NCBI GenBank assembly: GCA_040954595.2
Contig: CM082581.2
Location: forward strand, 9,403,878-9,467,877
Direction of reading: 5' to 3'
Length of the DNA stretch: 64,000 nucleotides
DNA from: Balanoglossus misakiensis
Lineage: Eukaryota; Animalia; Hemichordata
Of this stretch, positions 10,864 to 23,690 are shown piece after piece. The notes under the pieces were generated by a model. That model made no database searches. It was given only the letters and a program-made list of their open reading frames with translations, and was not told the DNA's origin. Position 1 is the first letter of the stretch, and each line of letters begins with the position of its first letter. The position numbers were made by a program, and so were the translations under genes.

Positions 10864-11708
10864 TTCAACATATATCAAAATTTGATGAAAGTGAAAGTGT
10901 CTACATTTTTTGGGCAAGTCGATTTGTCGATGTAGGTGTTAATCTAGCTGGTATATGGGCGATAAATCGAAATGTCCATTCCAGCTGCAAGATATTGGTG
11001 CATTTATGTACATAAGTCTGCACGTCCACAGCATAGCGCCAGCGCCTTCTTTCATGAACTATGTGTTGCTTTTGTTTTTTTACTGACAAGAGACGCAGTA
11101 CAAGCGAACAACATTTTTTAAAAGAGGTTTTAATTCTTGTTTAAATCTATTTCTTTATAATATGGCAAGACGTGTGACAATAATATGTCAGTATTTTCAG
11201 AACACAAAGTCAGCTGAGATGCCAGACGTTTGTAAACCTCAGAGCTTCATGCATAGGTGGTGTCAACAAAGAGGCCACCGCATTCATTACTCGTCAGTGG
11301 TTCAAGTTTGACCCCGGGGAAGTACAGGTCAATCTTTCAAAACAGGTCCAGCATCCAATTAGTCACTGTGGTGTTTTCTGAATGCCCGGATGTTGCTTAA
11401 CATCGCAGTAAACGTCACTAGACTACCAATAGCATGTCCGGCTAAATGTGCAAATGTCACGTTTTTGCAGAATTTCTAACACTAGCCCCTGCAAAAATCG
11501 TGAAAATGGAGAAAATTTACAGAAATTTGAAACGTCATCCCAGTTTGTGGTGCCCGGGTGGGTCTATCCACGGTCCTCCAACGCGAGAACCGTGGCGTAA
11601 CGCACATTGAGTCAAAACCAGTGACTTTCATTGATGACATCAGAAACGCGGGATGAAGGTGGTTTCTGTAATCCCACCCGTCTCCTACTTCTGTAGTCTC
11701 GTCATCTG

Positions 11709-12119
11709 TTACTGAGTCGAAAAGAAGGCCGCCACCAGCGTCAGCATCAGCGAGGCCGCCACATAGGTTGCATCGGAGGGCGTCGTCGTTGCAATCATGT
11801 CGGGAGTCGTGCCATTCATATCGCCCCCACCGTCCATTGATGGAGTGCTAGTTGTGTCGTTGACATTGGCTGACACTGCGTTCGTTGAAAATGAAAAGCA
11901 AAATAGGAAATTGAAAAAATAATTTCCACCCTTTTTGCATTCTTGACGTAATAAATGATCATAAGAGAAACACAAGTAAAAGCGGCTCCAATTGTCCTGT
12001 GAAAATTTCTCAAAATTGGTTTGTGGTGTCTGTATTCAAAATCTTTCCAGGAAGCAATACTAACCGTAAATGAATGCGAATATCGCAAGGAGGGTGATAG
12101 TCAGGAGTGCTTTGTTCAT
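11709..12119 (-). CDS. Small secreted/GPI-anchored Thr/Ser-rich glycopeptide, 73 aa: complement(join(11709..11875,12065..12119))
   Basis: Exon 12119-12065 (acceptor tatacag|ATG, donor G|gttagt, phase 1) encodes the signal peptide MNKALLTITLLAIFAFIY. It splices in frame to acceptor aacgcag|TG at 11875, giving MNKALLTITLLAIFAFIYVSA-NVNDTTSTPSMDGGGDMNGTTPDMIATTTPSDATYVAASLMLTLVAAFFSTQ*. Two N-glycosylation sequons (NDT, NGT) and a terminal hydrophobic tail with no cytoplasmic domain. Confidence 0.8.
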
Positions 12120-12825
12120 CTGTATAATTAAACGAGAGAACGACAGTCAGTATTATAAATGTACATGTACAATGTACATTCTAAACACAAAAAATACAGA
12201 AAAGGGACTGTCCATGGATAGAGTCACCCCATTAACCGACACTGAGCTTTTGTGTTTGTTTCTTTCATGCTCTAGACACCACATTAATGCTTACGTAAAC
12301 ATCGCATCGAATAGGCCTTCTCTTGTTTTCTTTCTCTAGACAGTTGCCGTGCTACACTCTGGCCTAAAGAAAATTGGTGTCCCCTAATGACCCATGACGT
12401 CATCGACATGCCTCAACTACTGCAAACTACGGGTTGTCTTCAGATTCTGGATTTCTAGGATGTTTGACCGACCGCTTTGGAAACTTGCCAGGGAGGAAAT
12501 GGAGTTGCGATCTCGGCCACCAGCTATTAAAGTGTCTCCATGCCAAAGTCATGCAAGAAAAGGTAATGAAAACTATTTTCTCGTTGATAGACTGTTCCAA
12601 GATGCGCGTGAACTCTTTGCAAACAAGGGGAAGTAAAAGTGTTCCCCAAAAAGACCCTGTCAACCGGGCGCGCTGATTGGCAGAGAATCACTCCCACTTC
12701 GGACAACGAGATGCAATAAATTATTTTCGCGCCCAGTTGATGAAGACGGCCATGCATACCGCGATGACGCGCACATCTTCGGAGAGGAGCACATCGCCAC
12801 ACACACAGTTCACCCTAAAGACCAC

Positions 12826-13040
12826 AGGGGTATTCCATTTGATATTGGGGGCTTTGGGAAATGGATAGAAAAGGCTGTGTTACAACCATAACCGACATTA
12901 TAGACCCAATAGTATATGGGTGCATCTATGACTCACACAGCCTCCCGGAAACAAACTTTTTTTATGGGTTGCCGGAAAGAAAGAATTTTTCAAAGTTGGC
13001 AGACTGAAAATCTTTTTTCTGAAAATCTTCCAGTCCCCTT
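12826..13040. mobile_element. Possible eroded MITE in intron 1 of the GPI-glycopeptide gene
   Basis: G-rich 5' end (aggggtattccatttgatattgggggctttggg) and an imperfectly complementary 3' end (atcttccagtcccct) flank A/T-run-rich DNA. The terminal repeats are weak. Confidence 0.25.
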
Positions 13041-13143
13041 CTCGCAGGTGTACCATCCCCAATCGCGTGAGGGAATGTGACCAGATGAAAAGAAATGCAG
13101 ACTAGAGAGAGAAAAAGATGGGTGAGAGAGAAAAAAATCTTAC

Positions 13144-13250
13144 CTTTCTTTGCAGCGGTGGCTAGTCAGCTAAACTGTTGCTGGTGTTGGTAGAATGCAA
13201 GTCGGCGTGAGAGTGAGGTTATGTGAAGCTCAGTATAACGAGCATGCTGC
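13144..13250 (-). other. Putative non-coding first exon of the GPI-glycopeptide gene (5' end approximate)
   Basis: Strong donor AAG|gtaaga on - at 13144/13143. Splicing to the acceptor at 12119 gives AAG-ATG (A at -3). TATA-like elements lie just upstream. Confidence 0.55.
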
Positions 13251-13273
13251 TCATTGCTAGTCGCTCACAAGTT

Positions 13274-13291
13274 CCTTATATGGGCTTATAA
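13274..13291 (-). promoter_or_regulatory. CArG box / TATA-like elements of the GPI-glycopeptide gene
   Basis: CCTTATATGG at 13274-13283 fits the CC(A/T)6GG SRF consensus and reads CCATATAAGG on -. A second TTATAAG lies at 13291-13285. Confidence 0.45.
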
Positions 13292-15429
13292 TTTGCATAA
13301 GAATGGTGCAGAACATATTATGCACGTATATCGCGCATGAATAAACATAAACGTGTGCCATAAAAGGAAAACAAAATTAGCATGGGTGTGGACTTGGGAA
13401 AGTTGATCAAGTTTAACAGACTCCAGTGACAGTTGAAATGCAGACTGTCCTCGATTGCATGATGAGAATATAAGAAACAAAATGTATCAAACTACAATTT
13501 CAGATTGTCCAGGGATTCTTTTAGATCGCGGTTACTGCACATAGCACACAATCTATTTTGGTAATCATGGATCTGATCATGTGACGTATAACCAGGGCAT
13601 CTATTGGCTGTAATTTTATTCGAAATATCCGGTCCTCGTGTAAGTTTCTTTGTTTCTTTGTTGTATTTTAGAGAAATCAGTGCATGTGAATGTTGCGTGA
13701 TTTCTCCAAACATATTGTTGACCAAATAATGGCTGCACGACTGGACCAATATAGTCTGGTACCACATCCGGCATTTAAAAAGTTCAAGAAGTTACAGTCA
13801 ACCAAATAAGGGTTCGTTCCAGCAGTGTCACAGTGTTAATTGCCCCCATATCAGTCCTTGAAAGACCTGGTTTCTCGCTGCGTGAGTAGAGATAAGGGAA
13901 CTATTGTCCTGGGCCTTCCGACAGCTGTTACTGTTTGTGCCCGGAATACACAATATTGGACGATGGGCCATGCTACTCATTACAAGTCGCTCACAAGTTT
14001 GGAGCATAGATAAGCTGCTTTGATTATTACTAGCACGTAATAGTAAACATAATGGGTGAATAACAAATTCCAATTTTACAAAACCAAGAATGTTGAGTTG
14101 ACCACATTCGTTGCACACCAGTGATGTTCACAGAATTTATGACAGCGAGCATATCCTTGTTCGGCAGTCGACCGAAAGAACGACCACGAAAGAGACTGAT
14201 TCATCGGATAGATGTTTTGCAATCAGAACCACCCAGAAGTGTCGGTTTGTTGAGTCACTTGCCAAAAATGTTCGTGTCACGACACATTTCAGGAGATTGC
14301 CCACAACGGGACTTGGGTCATGATCGGTTTTGGTGGTGAATTTCTTGGGTGTCGGTATTTCAAGCTTTTCCGAAAACAACATCGAGTTTCCCTGCTTTTG
14401 TCATGCGAAACTGTCTATATTTAGCGGCAGGTTTTGACCACATGAGCAACCGGAAAAATGACACGTTTTATGGATTTTTTTCTTTGCTGTGTGAAGGTGC
14501 GAGTGTTTTTGTTACTGCGTTTGAGGACACAGGTTGCGGGAAATGGCCGGAAGAGTGTAAAGCACGATAACACACTCGATTCTATGCAATGACGAGATTG
14601 GGGAGCTCCCTATTGTTATGAGAATTGCCCTGAAAGATATCTACTCGCGGGGCCATGGTCCCCGTGAAAGTTTGATTTCTGGTAGACCATAGTTACTTAT
14701 TGGTAGGTGTTTACAGGAAAAGTGATCGCCCTCAATGTGACTACGTAGATAACAGAGTAGTACACACATGGTCGCCTGGCGATCTCTGTTTTGGGGCGAT
14801 CAGTTATGTGACCTCTCTGATCTTGTCAAAATGGAAAAGGAGAAGTCCTTTACTCTGCATTCGTGACTAGTAGACATGAAGACAGGTAATTTCATTCACT
14901 GGAACGGTGTTTCGCTTCCTTCAACCCATGGCCCACAGCTGACTGTAAACTTTCTTGTGTAGGTTGGTTGGGTTGGTTCAAATTCGTGACTGAAATATCT
15001 ATGACGTTTAAGGCAAATCCATTTGATATTTGCTGGAGGGGACTAGAGCAAATTGGGATAAAAGCATATCTTTTCGACCACTGTGAAGGTAGTGTTTTCC
15101 AATTTTGCTCCGCACAGTTGAAAAATGCACTCCTTGTATTTTACAGGAGAAATTCATCCACAAACAGATAAGCTCAGACAACATGGCGGATTACATGATA
15201 CACCGGTTATTGTTTGGTCTCACTGATACACGGTGGCACCAGATTGTCGATAAGTGCTGACTGTCTTTTTTATGTGTACGCCCTCTAGAGTCTGAATAGA
15301 ACACCGTACTTCGTGTATGAGAATAAAACCCACATCACTATGGTGATTAACTATCACGTGAATACAAACCCTATATGTTAATGAAGTTTCTTTAATTTTT
15401 TGGAAAATTTAAATGGCAGTTTTTATGAA

Positions 15430-15557
15430 AATAAGACGGTGAACACCATTTTATTCCTTGATTTAAAAAAACTCCACGCACATCGTAATATAGTAACTAA
15501 AGAATTGAAAGGTTTGGAGGACTATCATTTTTCTGTAAATCTGTTCCCGAGGCGCAT
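15430..15557 (-). mobile_element. Decayed MITE-like fragment, copy 2 (inverted relative to copy 1)
   Basis: The reverse complement reads atgcgcctcgggaacagattt...tcctccaaacctttcaattct...ggtgttcaccgtcttatt, homologous to 23520-23640. Confidence 0.55.
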
Positions 15558-18500
15558 GAATCAAGGAGAAATCTTTCATACAGGTTTTCCTGGAACAAGG
15601 CCACGTAGATAACATAAGTATGATAAAACGTAAAACGACGTTCCAAACCGCAATTTGATAAATGAACGGAACAGCCAAGGTTCAACACGATGTAGTCAAA
15701 AACCACTTAAATAAATTATATTTTGTGTGACGGGAATGAAAAATGCGCGGTACTTATGTGGAAACATGCATATGACACCAACGATTAGCGCAGGGATTAA
15801 TACCGAACTGATTAATGTTTGGTTGCCGTGATTTGCACGTTTCTCTGTCGTGTACACTGTCTGTCGAGAACTCAATTCTCTCGAATTCCCCTCTTTTTAT
15901 TTTCCTGGAAACCGATTCAAATTGGTTGAATCACCCGTCACGTAAAGTGGCGAAACGTTAACACAAACCACGGGCAACCAGCATTGAAGAATGGAAATCG
16001 CTGTTCTTATGTCACACGTAATAGTGTTCGCTAATTTCCGTCTGCTCCTTCTCTTACATTCTAGTTGATCTTTTCGTCGTTTAAGGCAGACACAAACATC
16101 AAAAGATCTCGGTGATAGAAAGGAAAACATCCTGACCTGCAGTGTGACAAATTGAAAAGCCGAACATCGCCCTAAAAGACGCTCAAGCCAATAGCATTTT
16201 AAATCTGCTCGTTATGAGCGAGTTTTCGGTGCGAGAAAGTGCGTCTATAATGAGTCGACTTCCTGACTTAAAAACTTGAAATGTCAAAACATTCCTCTTC
16301 AAAATCGCTTCGCTATTCATGCAATTAGACGTGCAAATATCCCGGTGCAGTCTGAACAAGAAGCAAGAGGGGAAGATAAAAAATTTAAGTGGCTGTATAT
16401 CACAGGGGCATCGTAAACTCCTTGGGGACCCCTAAGCTAGTGAAAAATAAGGCAGTCCACAATGCCAGACTTGAGTATGTTATCGGTAGTGTTGTGCCAA
16501 TCGGCGCTATTTAAGCTGAAAATGTAGAAGGATATGGAAATGATGGTGTCATATCAGTGGATGGTATCTGTCTCCGACAGAAATTTGCACTCATCAAGGA
16601 TATACCTTCTGGCCTAACAGGGGCTTAATGTTTCTCGTCCTTGGCTAGATTGGTCGAGGGCGAGGTGGGAAAAGTACACTGTCAACTGCCTGTGGTTGTT
16701 GCTTTAAAACTATGTAGCTACTTTGATAGACAACAGAGTGTTAATACCATGAAAAATAATAACTACGATATCCCAAGAACTGGGTTTCGAGGACCGTGGC
16801 TTGCATGCGACGGAGAAGCAGTCTCGGCACACACGCTCAAATCGTTGCCATCAAATTATACATTAAGGCTAATATACAATATCCAGGCCAATGTATACTA
16901 ATGAAATTATATAGAATCGTATTCTCTCGGTGCCTCTGATCTCTTTAGGGGTCGCTTAAGCTTATTTCAACATCATATTATCTACTTTGGGAATCTAGTA
17001 GTGGGGGGACGAGGTTAAATAATTCCTGTTTTCTCGTGTGTGTATTTTCTTATTACTGGGCCGCGATGGGATGATGCGAGATGACTGTCAATCGATCACT
17101 ATGGAAAACAGCATCGCGCGTAGTGTCTGGTGTAGACAGTGCGGGGCGTTGGTCAGTGAACTTATTAAGACCGAATGCTGTTTTTTTTTATAAAGCTGAT
17201 GATGCTGGTTACAAGATCGCATAATAGCCTTTTCGGCTTACAGGGTTGCATATATTCGTCCGCATAGAACAGCTCAGTAATCTCGGATAGATAATACATT
17301 TACGATAATAACGAGCTACTAAGTTGCTAAGTATTAGAGAATGCTTTCGAAATAAAGTGAGAATATTAAACTTCAAGACCCCATCAGGACCCCAAATGTC
17401 CCGCTGGTCCTATTCGAACGCGGATCAAGTGTTAAAAAGACTCCAAAAGAAGGCTATGGCATTATTTGATCCTGTTTATTGCTGTATATTATCCATTTTA
17501 GTTTTGTTTCTTCTTTTCACCCAATTTGCTGTCTTTCCCCGATTTCCGACACAGACTGTGGTCGCCGCCATGTTGTATGCTTAATATAGGACAGCACACT
17601 CCCTGAATATGGCATTGGCTGTACACATTTTCGTAATCAGAGTCTCTGGTTTGGCACATGCGCATAAGACAATCGTTGCCCTTTAATGTCTGGTTGTGGC
17701 CCTTTCGCTCGGGAGCGGACGTTCCCAGATGGATAAACCCGTGTGAGAACCCCCACTTTGTGATATTGTTGCGTGCGATGTCGACCCAGATGTTTACTTG
17801 ATCAGCGTAATTGCAAAACACGGAAATTAATTGCAAAAATATTAAACCATCACAATTAATTTAGAAAAAAGGACATTCAAGTCATGAGAAACTAGGACAG
17901 TTTCATTCCAGTCAAACGTGGCAAAAATTCACATGACTATAGGCGGAAAATTCAAAATATATAGATTTGTCTCGTCTTAATGAATTAGACGTTTTCAGTG
18001 GAAAATATACATCGATGATTTGCTGTGGTACGCTTGTCAGTAGTGAACTTTACAGGAAATGCGTGACGAGTAGACATAGGTCACGTGATGAAAGGAGGAT
18101 ATTTAGTACATACAATATTTTGTGAAAATGTCCGTCTTTGAAGCAGGAAATATAAGCTTGCACGTTTTATGTATTTATCAGATTGTGTATAGCCTGGTCA
18201 AAAGATTAAATCAACAATTGTCATTTTTTTCCAAAATAATATTGCTGGAGGCTTTTTAAGATTATCGACTTAACGTCTAGACAATCGACAAAAAATGAAA
18301 ATCTGTTTATGGTCGAGAGAAAAAACCCTGGATGAGCGCGGTGGAATTAAATTCGTAATACTGGAGTGGAGCTTACGTAGAATGGGCAATTCTTCTGCAA
18401 AAAAGGGTTTCGAGCTCAGGTTTGGGCTGTTAAGAGATAGCCGATGATGGACGCGACTCTTCCTGAAATCTGTTAAAATGTGTTGACAAAGCAGGGAAAA

Positions 18501-21500
18501 TGGAAACTGAAACTAGTCCATTTTGAATTGTTTAGTTAAGCTCCTCGACTTTATATTAATATGGAATTCTTATCTGCCGGAATATGGCGCGTGGGAGATT
18601 GAAATAGGAAAATAGATAGCGGCGATAAAACATGACTCAATAGCCAAGGTTAATAGTAAGCGTCGTTTTCTTGTCTTTCCTGATGACGTCAGGCATCTTC
18701 CATCAAGAAATCGAATTAAAAACTCCGCGCTTTGAACTTCTAACAAGGTTTCGCGAGGTCTAACGTTGCCTTAGAGACAGAACGATGTTTCTTTTAATTC
18801 AGAAACCACGGAGGGGCTGATGTTTCTTAGCGTCGCGGTGATTGTAATTTAACTTGGCAAAATTCGATAATTTTTTGGAGCGACTTATAAACGCGGGTAC
18901 GAACGTTGGCGCGCTGGTCGGGTGCATTGGAGTCGATAATCCAATCTGTAGCGCCATTAACTCTTGACATTATCAGACGGAACAAATCGCCTTATCTGAA
19001 TATCACTCAGCGCTGCGCTCGCTTTGATACAAAACGGAGAAACGAAAAAACCAGGCGATGTTTATTAACTACAGTACCGACTGCAGTTACAATTGAGGCA
19101 TTCTCATACATCTTTCTTTGCGGAATCCCGCGATGAACCCGTTAAGTGTGTACTCGTGTTTTGCGCATTCATCTAGCTGGACTTAGAGTATTTTCTAAGC
19201 GTGAATTATTTCAGATGTCCCGATTTGATATATTGCGCGAATGTGTCCATTGGTCATAACTCTTTTTAGAAGATAACAGCTTGTATGCAGTTGTAATGTA
19301 ATGTTTCCTATCAACGGATATGGACCATTACGGGCACGATTCAAATCCTAGGAAGAGACCGTGTCTGATTTGCGTATAGGCAATGAAGTGTATCCACGTT
19401 TACCGGCCCTCTTCTATTCTAAATGTAAAATTCATAAACGCGGCTAAAATGTGATTTTTATCATCTCTCAGTTGCTTGTTATTCGTCTCACTCTGCCCAT
19501 TATTTGCACATCATATATGACTACATAATATCGACGACAAAATTAATATTGAGTTGTTGGTCGATCGCGGTCACCGGGCGCCCATTAAATCAAAACTGAA
19601 AATTTCGGCTGCAATAATTTGTTTCAAGCGGGTACGAATAGATGTCAGACATGATTTTTTTGCTTTTCGCACTCTCGATTCTACAGCTGTGGTGACTCGT
19701 CGATGCGTTATTAAGCGACGCTTACAAGACATTTGTTGATTTACTGAGTGATGGCAGAGAAACTCGTGGGTGATGTAAGCCTCGTGAGTACATCATCGGA
19801 AGATGGCGGCCGGCGCGGCTTTCAAGTTTTACGGATATGAACAGAACGCTTGATTGAAAAGAGATGGGCTGACTCCGTGTACCGCTGACAACCGCTGAAA
19901 GAATTCATGACAAAAAGCTGTCGATTCAGCCACAGCGACAGGAAACCACTCAGGATGCGAATCCGAAAACAGCCTGAGTAAACTGTCTTCGTCGACAAGG
20001 CCTGAAAGCGTCATTATTCTGACACCTTTCCTGTTATCAATGTCAAATCGAAGACGAGCGCGTTATGCTCGCCTGGGCTAGCTCACGCACGCAGTAATTG
20101 TCTTCGGATCGGAGTGCGTGACAGTTTCATTTGTGAGCGCGTTGTTAACTTACTACATTTGTGTACCCCAAAAGGCGTCAGCAAGCATAAAAAATGTTCC
20201 TTGGAGCAGAAACGGTCGATCCAGGTGACAGAAATCTAACCAGGAGTTCACTCTTCACACAGGGAGCCCTCGATCTAATAAGTTACATGTATGTTATTTA
20301 ATTTAATGTAGTGCGTATTTATTCAGTATTGGCGAAAAGATTGACCAATATCCTCGCTCACATTTGGTTGACGAATGCGATTGTCACCAGAATTTCCCTA
20401 CTAAAAAGGAGCCTTTTGACATCATTCAATTAACACGAATAGTAAAACGTCGCGCTATATTTTGAGAACAAATAAATGTAATCTATTTCTGACACATTCA
20501 TCGCCAAACACACAATACCACGTCAATCTTGTTTTTGGTAATAACTCCCGAAAGGAGTCGACGTCTCCAGGAGCTGTACATGTCACGTGACCCCTTTGAG
20601 CTCCACTCACATAATGAGAACTAAAAAAAATCTATAAGAATTCGCTTTAATTAAGTCTGTGTAGACCGGCTTGAACCAATAGGGCACAACCAGTCCCCAA
20701 ACCCGACGTTCGGGGTCAGAGGGCACTGTGCCTCTTCGCACTAACCCCAAACATGCTTCTGATGGCTGGCGGTGATTTCAGTGAGAACATTTTAATATTA
20801 ATCCCGTGTGCATGTATATCTTCAAACAATTACGGTCGTTTCTTGAGGCTGACATTGTAGACAAGTCAAGTCGGCAAGTGAAGAATTTAATGAGGCGAAA
20901 GACGTGACTTCGAGGAATTCTAGTACAGTGTCGCGGAATGGAGGCCAAGTTCTACTTAGAAATATAAACTAAGGTCAATTCAATTTGTTAGAGATCATAC
21001 ACGCTTAAATTATAGCAAACGCAAACTGATAATGTTATTTTTTTATTTTCTTAGTGTTTATTTAAGAAATAATGTTCTCAAAGAACCGGTATTGCACCAC
21101 AGTTTGTTGAAATTTAGAAGAATATAAAAAAACAGGTTATTCACTGCGAGTTCCTCTTAAAAAGGTCAAGTAATTTCCATCAAGCACTCTTCTGAAACAC
21201 AAAAAGGACACAAAAACAAACGGCGGAAATGTCGAACCACTCAGGCTTGAAGGGAAGTTCTAATCAAGAAGCGGCGTCTGAAGCCAACACGTTTACTTAA
21301 GCCCAGCTGAAAATGAAATGAAACAACTCAGCCGTATCGCCGAGATCGTGCATGATAAATCGAGCCATTTACCTACACCATTGGACTAATCTTGCCCGGT
21401 GAATTTGATTGTGTTGGCCATGGCCGCTTGTTCAACATAGTCCGTCGCGCCCGCGTGAACTCCGTGCGAAAGACGCATTTCTGTGATTAAAGACGGTGCT

Positions 21501-23514
21501 CTTAATCTTCAAGCTTGATTAAGTCCGCACCAAATTCTGCTTCATACGTCAAACTTCAGCTGTTATCTGTACCATCTTCAGTATCTGCGTGACCTACAAT
21601 TGCCAACTCAATTCTCGAAAAAAAACCTAAGTGAATATATATAAGATGTTAATAGTTTTCAACCACCTGCTGATAAGTGATAGGAAAACGACAACAGTCT
21701 CAGAATAGTTCATAATAATTTCCAGTCCGTAATATGTCTGGAAAATCTGTGGTTCTCAATAATAACGCGTTTTGCAATTTCGCTGATTTCTTGCTATCTT
21801 GAGTGTCGTCTGCATGATCAAAGCGGTAAAGTCGCTTACTTTTGACATAAGTTTGATAATCTTTTAACATATTTTGGGGGGATTTGCGCAACGATGGTAA
21901 GCGGGAGTTGGGAAAGGGTGTTACTAGCTTCCATGACCCCCCCCCCCCCCTCACGATTTTAATGGCGCGGGGCAAGCGGAGATTCACGACTCTGATATTG
22001 CACAGCTCACCGAATCAATTAGAGTTAAAGACAGACAAAGCCGAGGCAATAAATAATACAACAAGAGATCGATGACACCTTGGCTCTTACGGCTGATTAG
22101 AAGTTAGATGCTGAACGGTAAAAGGTAAATTTAACACCGTAAAAGGGTAATTGATTAATAGGGGTAATAAATGCTTCCAGTTGTCCGTTTGGGGCGATGC
22201 AATTTTGGGTCCGGTTCTTTTCAATTAGGTGCAGGTTAAGCAAGATTTAACTGTGATAGTAGATTTCTGTGCCACGAGAAAGCTTCGGGTCGAGAGAAGA
22301 ACATCGTCCGATCGTTCGCTCGACCTAGAGTCTATACTTAATTGAATATGTTTTGAGAGAGATCCCTGCCAGAAATACAACTCATTTTTGTCATGAGATT
22401 ACCGTCCTTGTTCAAACCTCGCGAGATTTCCAGATGATCGCGAGATCGAAGCACGCCTTTTAGTTCCATTTATTTATTGTAAGCAACTGGCTCAAGAGAT
22501 TAATCATTTTGGCAATTACCCTCGACATTTATTTGGAGACTAATGCTTAAAATATTGAAGTACCCGAGCGTATCTCTAGTATGATTTTATCACGTCATTT
22601 CCAGTGACCCATTTTGAATGAATATTTATTGGAAACTGAAAGGAATGGCAAAGAAACACGCTCACTGAAAGATTACATCGTGGAAATTTAATCTATTGAA
22701 CTGTGTGATAAAAGTTCCCATTTTCAAAGGCGTTTTCCTGTATTGCGTTCACAATTGCATCTAGTATACTTGTTTACCTTCTGAGCAAATTGCTTGTTCT
22801 GGCCATTAAATCAAGAATAATGGCCTCTGTGCACGAAATGAGTATGGTTGTGTCTGTTCGTACAAAGTCAGTCTTGGAAAATTTGTGTACGGGTGAAATA
22901 ACTTTCTTTGTGTTTCTCCACACACACGTTCAGATACCATATTTCTGCTAGTCCTTGAGATAGGGTCGTGTGCTCGAAAAGTCACGATGTTTTTTGCGAT
23001 CTGCGTCAGTGTTTTAAACGGGGTCTATATTTGTGCTCAGTCGTTAAGGATCAGCCATTATTTTGCAGCGACGCTGATGGGTACATTTGACGTCACTGAG
23101 TGGAGGAACTCCAGTTAATGAAAGCTCCAAACAACAGATGCTCTCCACTCTAAGATGTTCTCGACCTACTTACTTCCGACGGACCATTCCCTGAATAATT
23201 AAATCATTACACTGATGCCATCGAGTGACTAAACGCTCGCTCGGACAGACTTTACATTCAAATGGTCGATGGTTCTCTATAAACACTCGGGAACGGGCCG
23301 TTCGCATTCTGTCCTCTAATCCATTCTTTGATTGATGCCGAACTCGGAAAGGACGGGCAACAATCAACGGAATGACTCCGTGTTTTGTTTAAAGAAATAA
23401 TGGCAGTATTCGTTTACACTAACCGGGTAAAGGACGATAATCAATGTTTGACTTGCAAGGAACACAGAAGTGGACAAATGCACTGTCTGTGCGGCAGAAG
23501 CAGGGTAACTGCCC

Positions 23515-23690
23515 TTAACGTAGTGTGCAACTCGGGGACAGATTAAAAAAAAACTCCTCCAAACTTTTCAATTCTATTAAACTATATGAGTGTTTTTGAA
23601 AAAAAAGTGAAGAAATAAGAGTGTTCACCATTTTCTTTTGGCAAAATCAGTACTTTATTTTTTCTCCGTCCATAGAAACGTATGGGTCCG
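23515..23690 (+). mobile_element. Decayed non-autonomous DNA transposon (MITE-like) fragment, copy 1
   Basis: Starts at TTAA and shares blocks CTCGGG(G/A)ACAGATT, TCCTCCAAAC(T/C)TTTCAATTCT and GTGTTCACC with the reverse complement of 15430-15557. The TE class is inferred from the TTAA-type end. Confidence 0.55.

Noticed and set aside
11545-11612. tRNA-like appearance on - (ends ...CCGGGCACCA)
   Set aside because: No GTTCRA T-loop and no acceptor stem; only the local hairpin is supported.
11876-11975. N-terminus (MCFSYDHLL...) of the 88-aa ORF in the track
   Set aside because: It reads through the polypyrimidine tract and acceptor; the likely true N-terminus is the signal-peptide exon at 12119-12065.
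13828-14400. Possible decayed transposase/THAP fragment among overlapping short ORFs
   Set aside because: No convincing C2CH or DDE motif could be reconstructed.
14723-14801. Multi-bulged inverted repeat (TGATCGCCC...GGGCGATCA)
   Set aside because: Short stems with large asymmetric bulges; plausible by chance.
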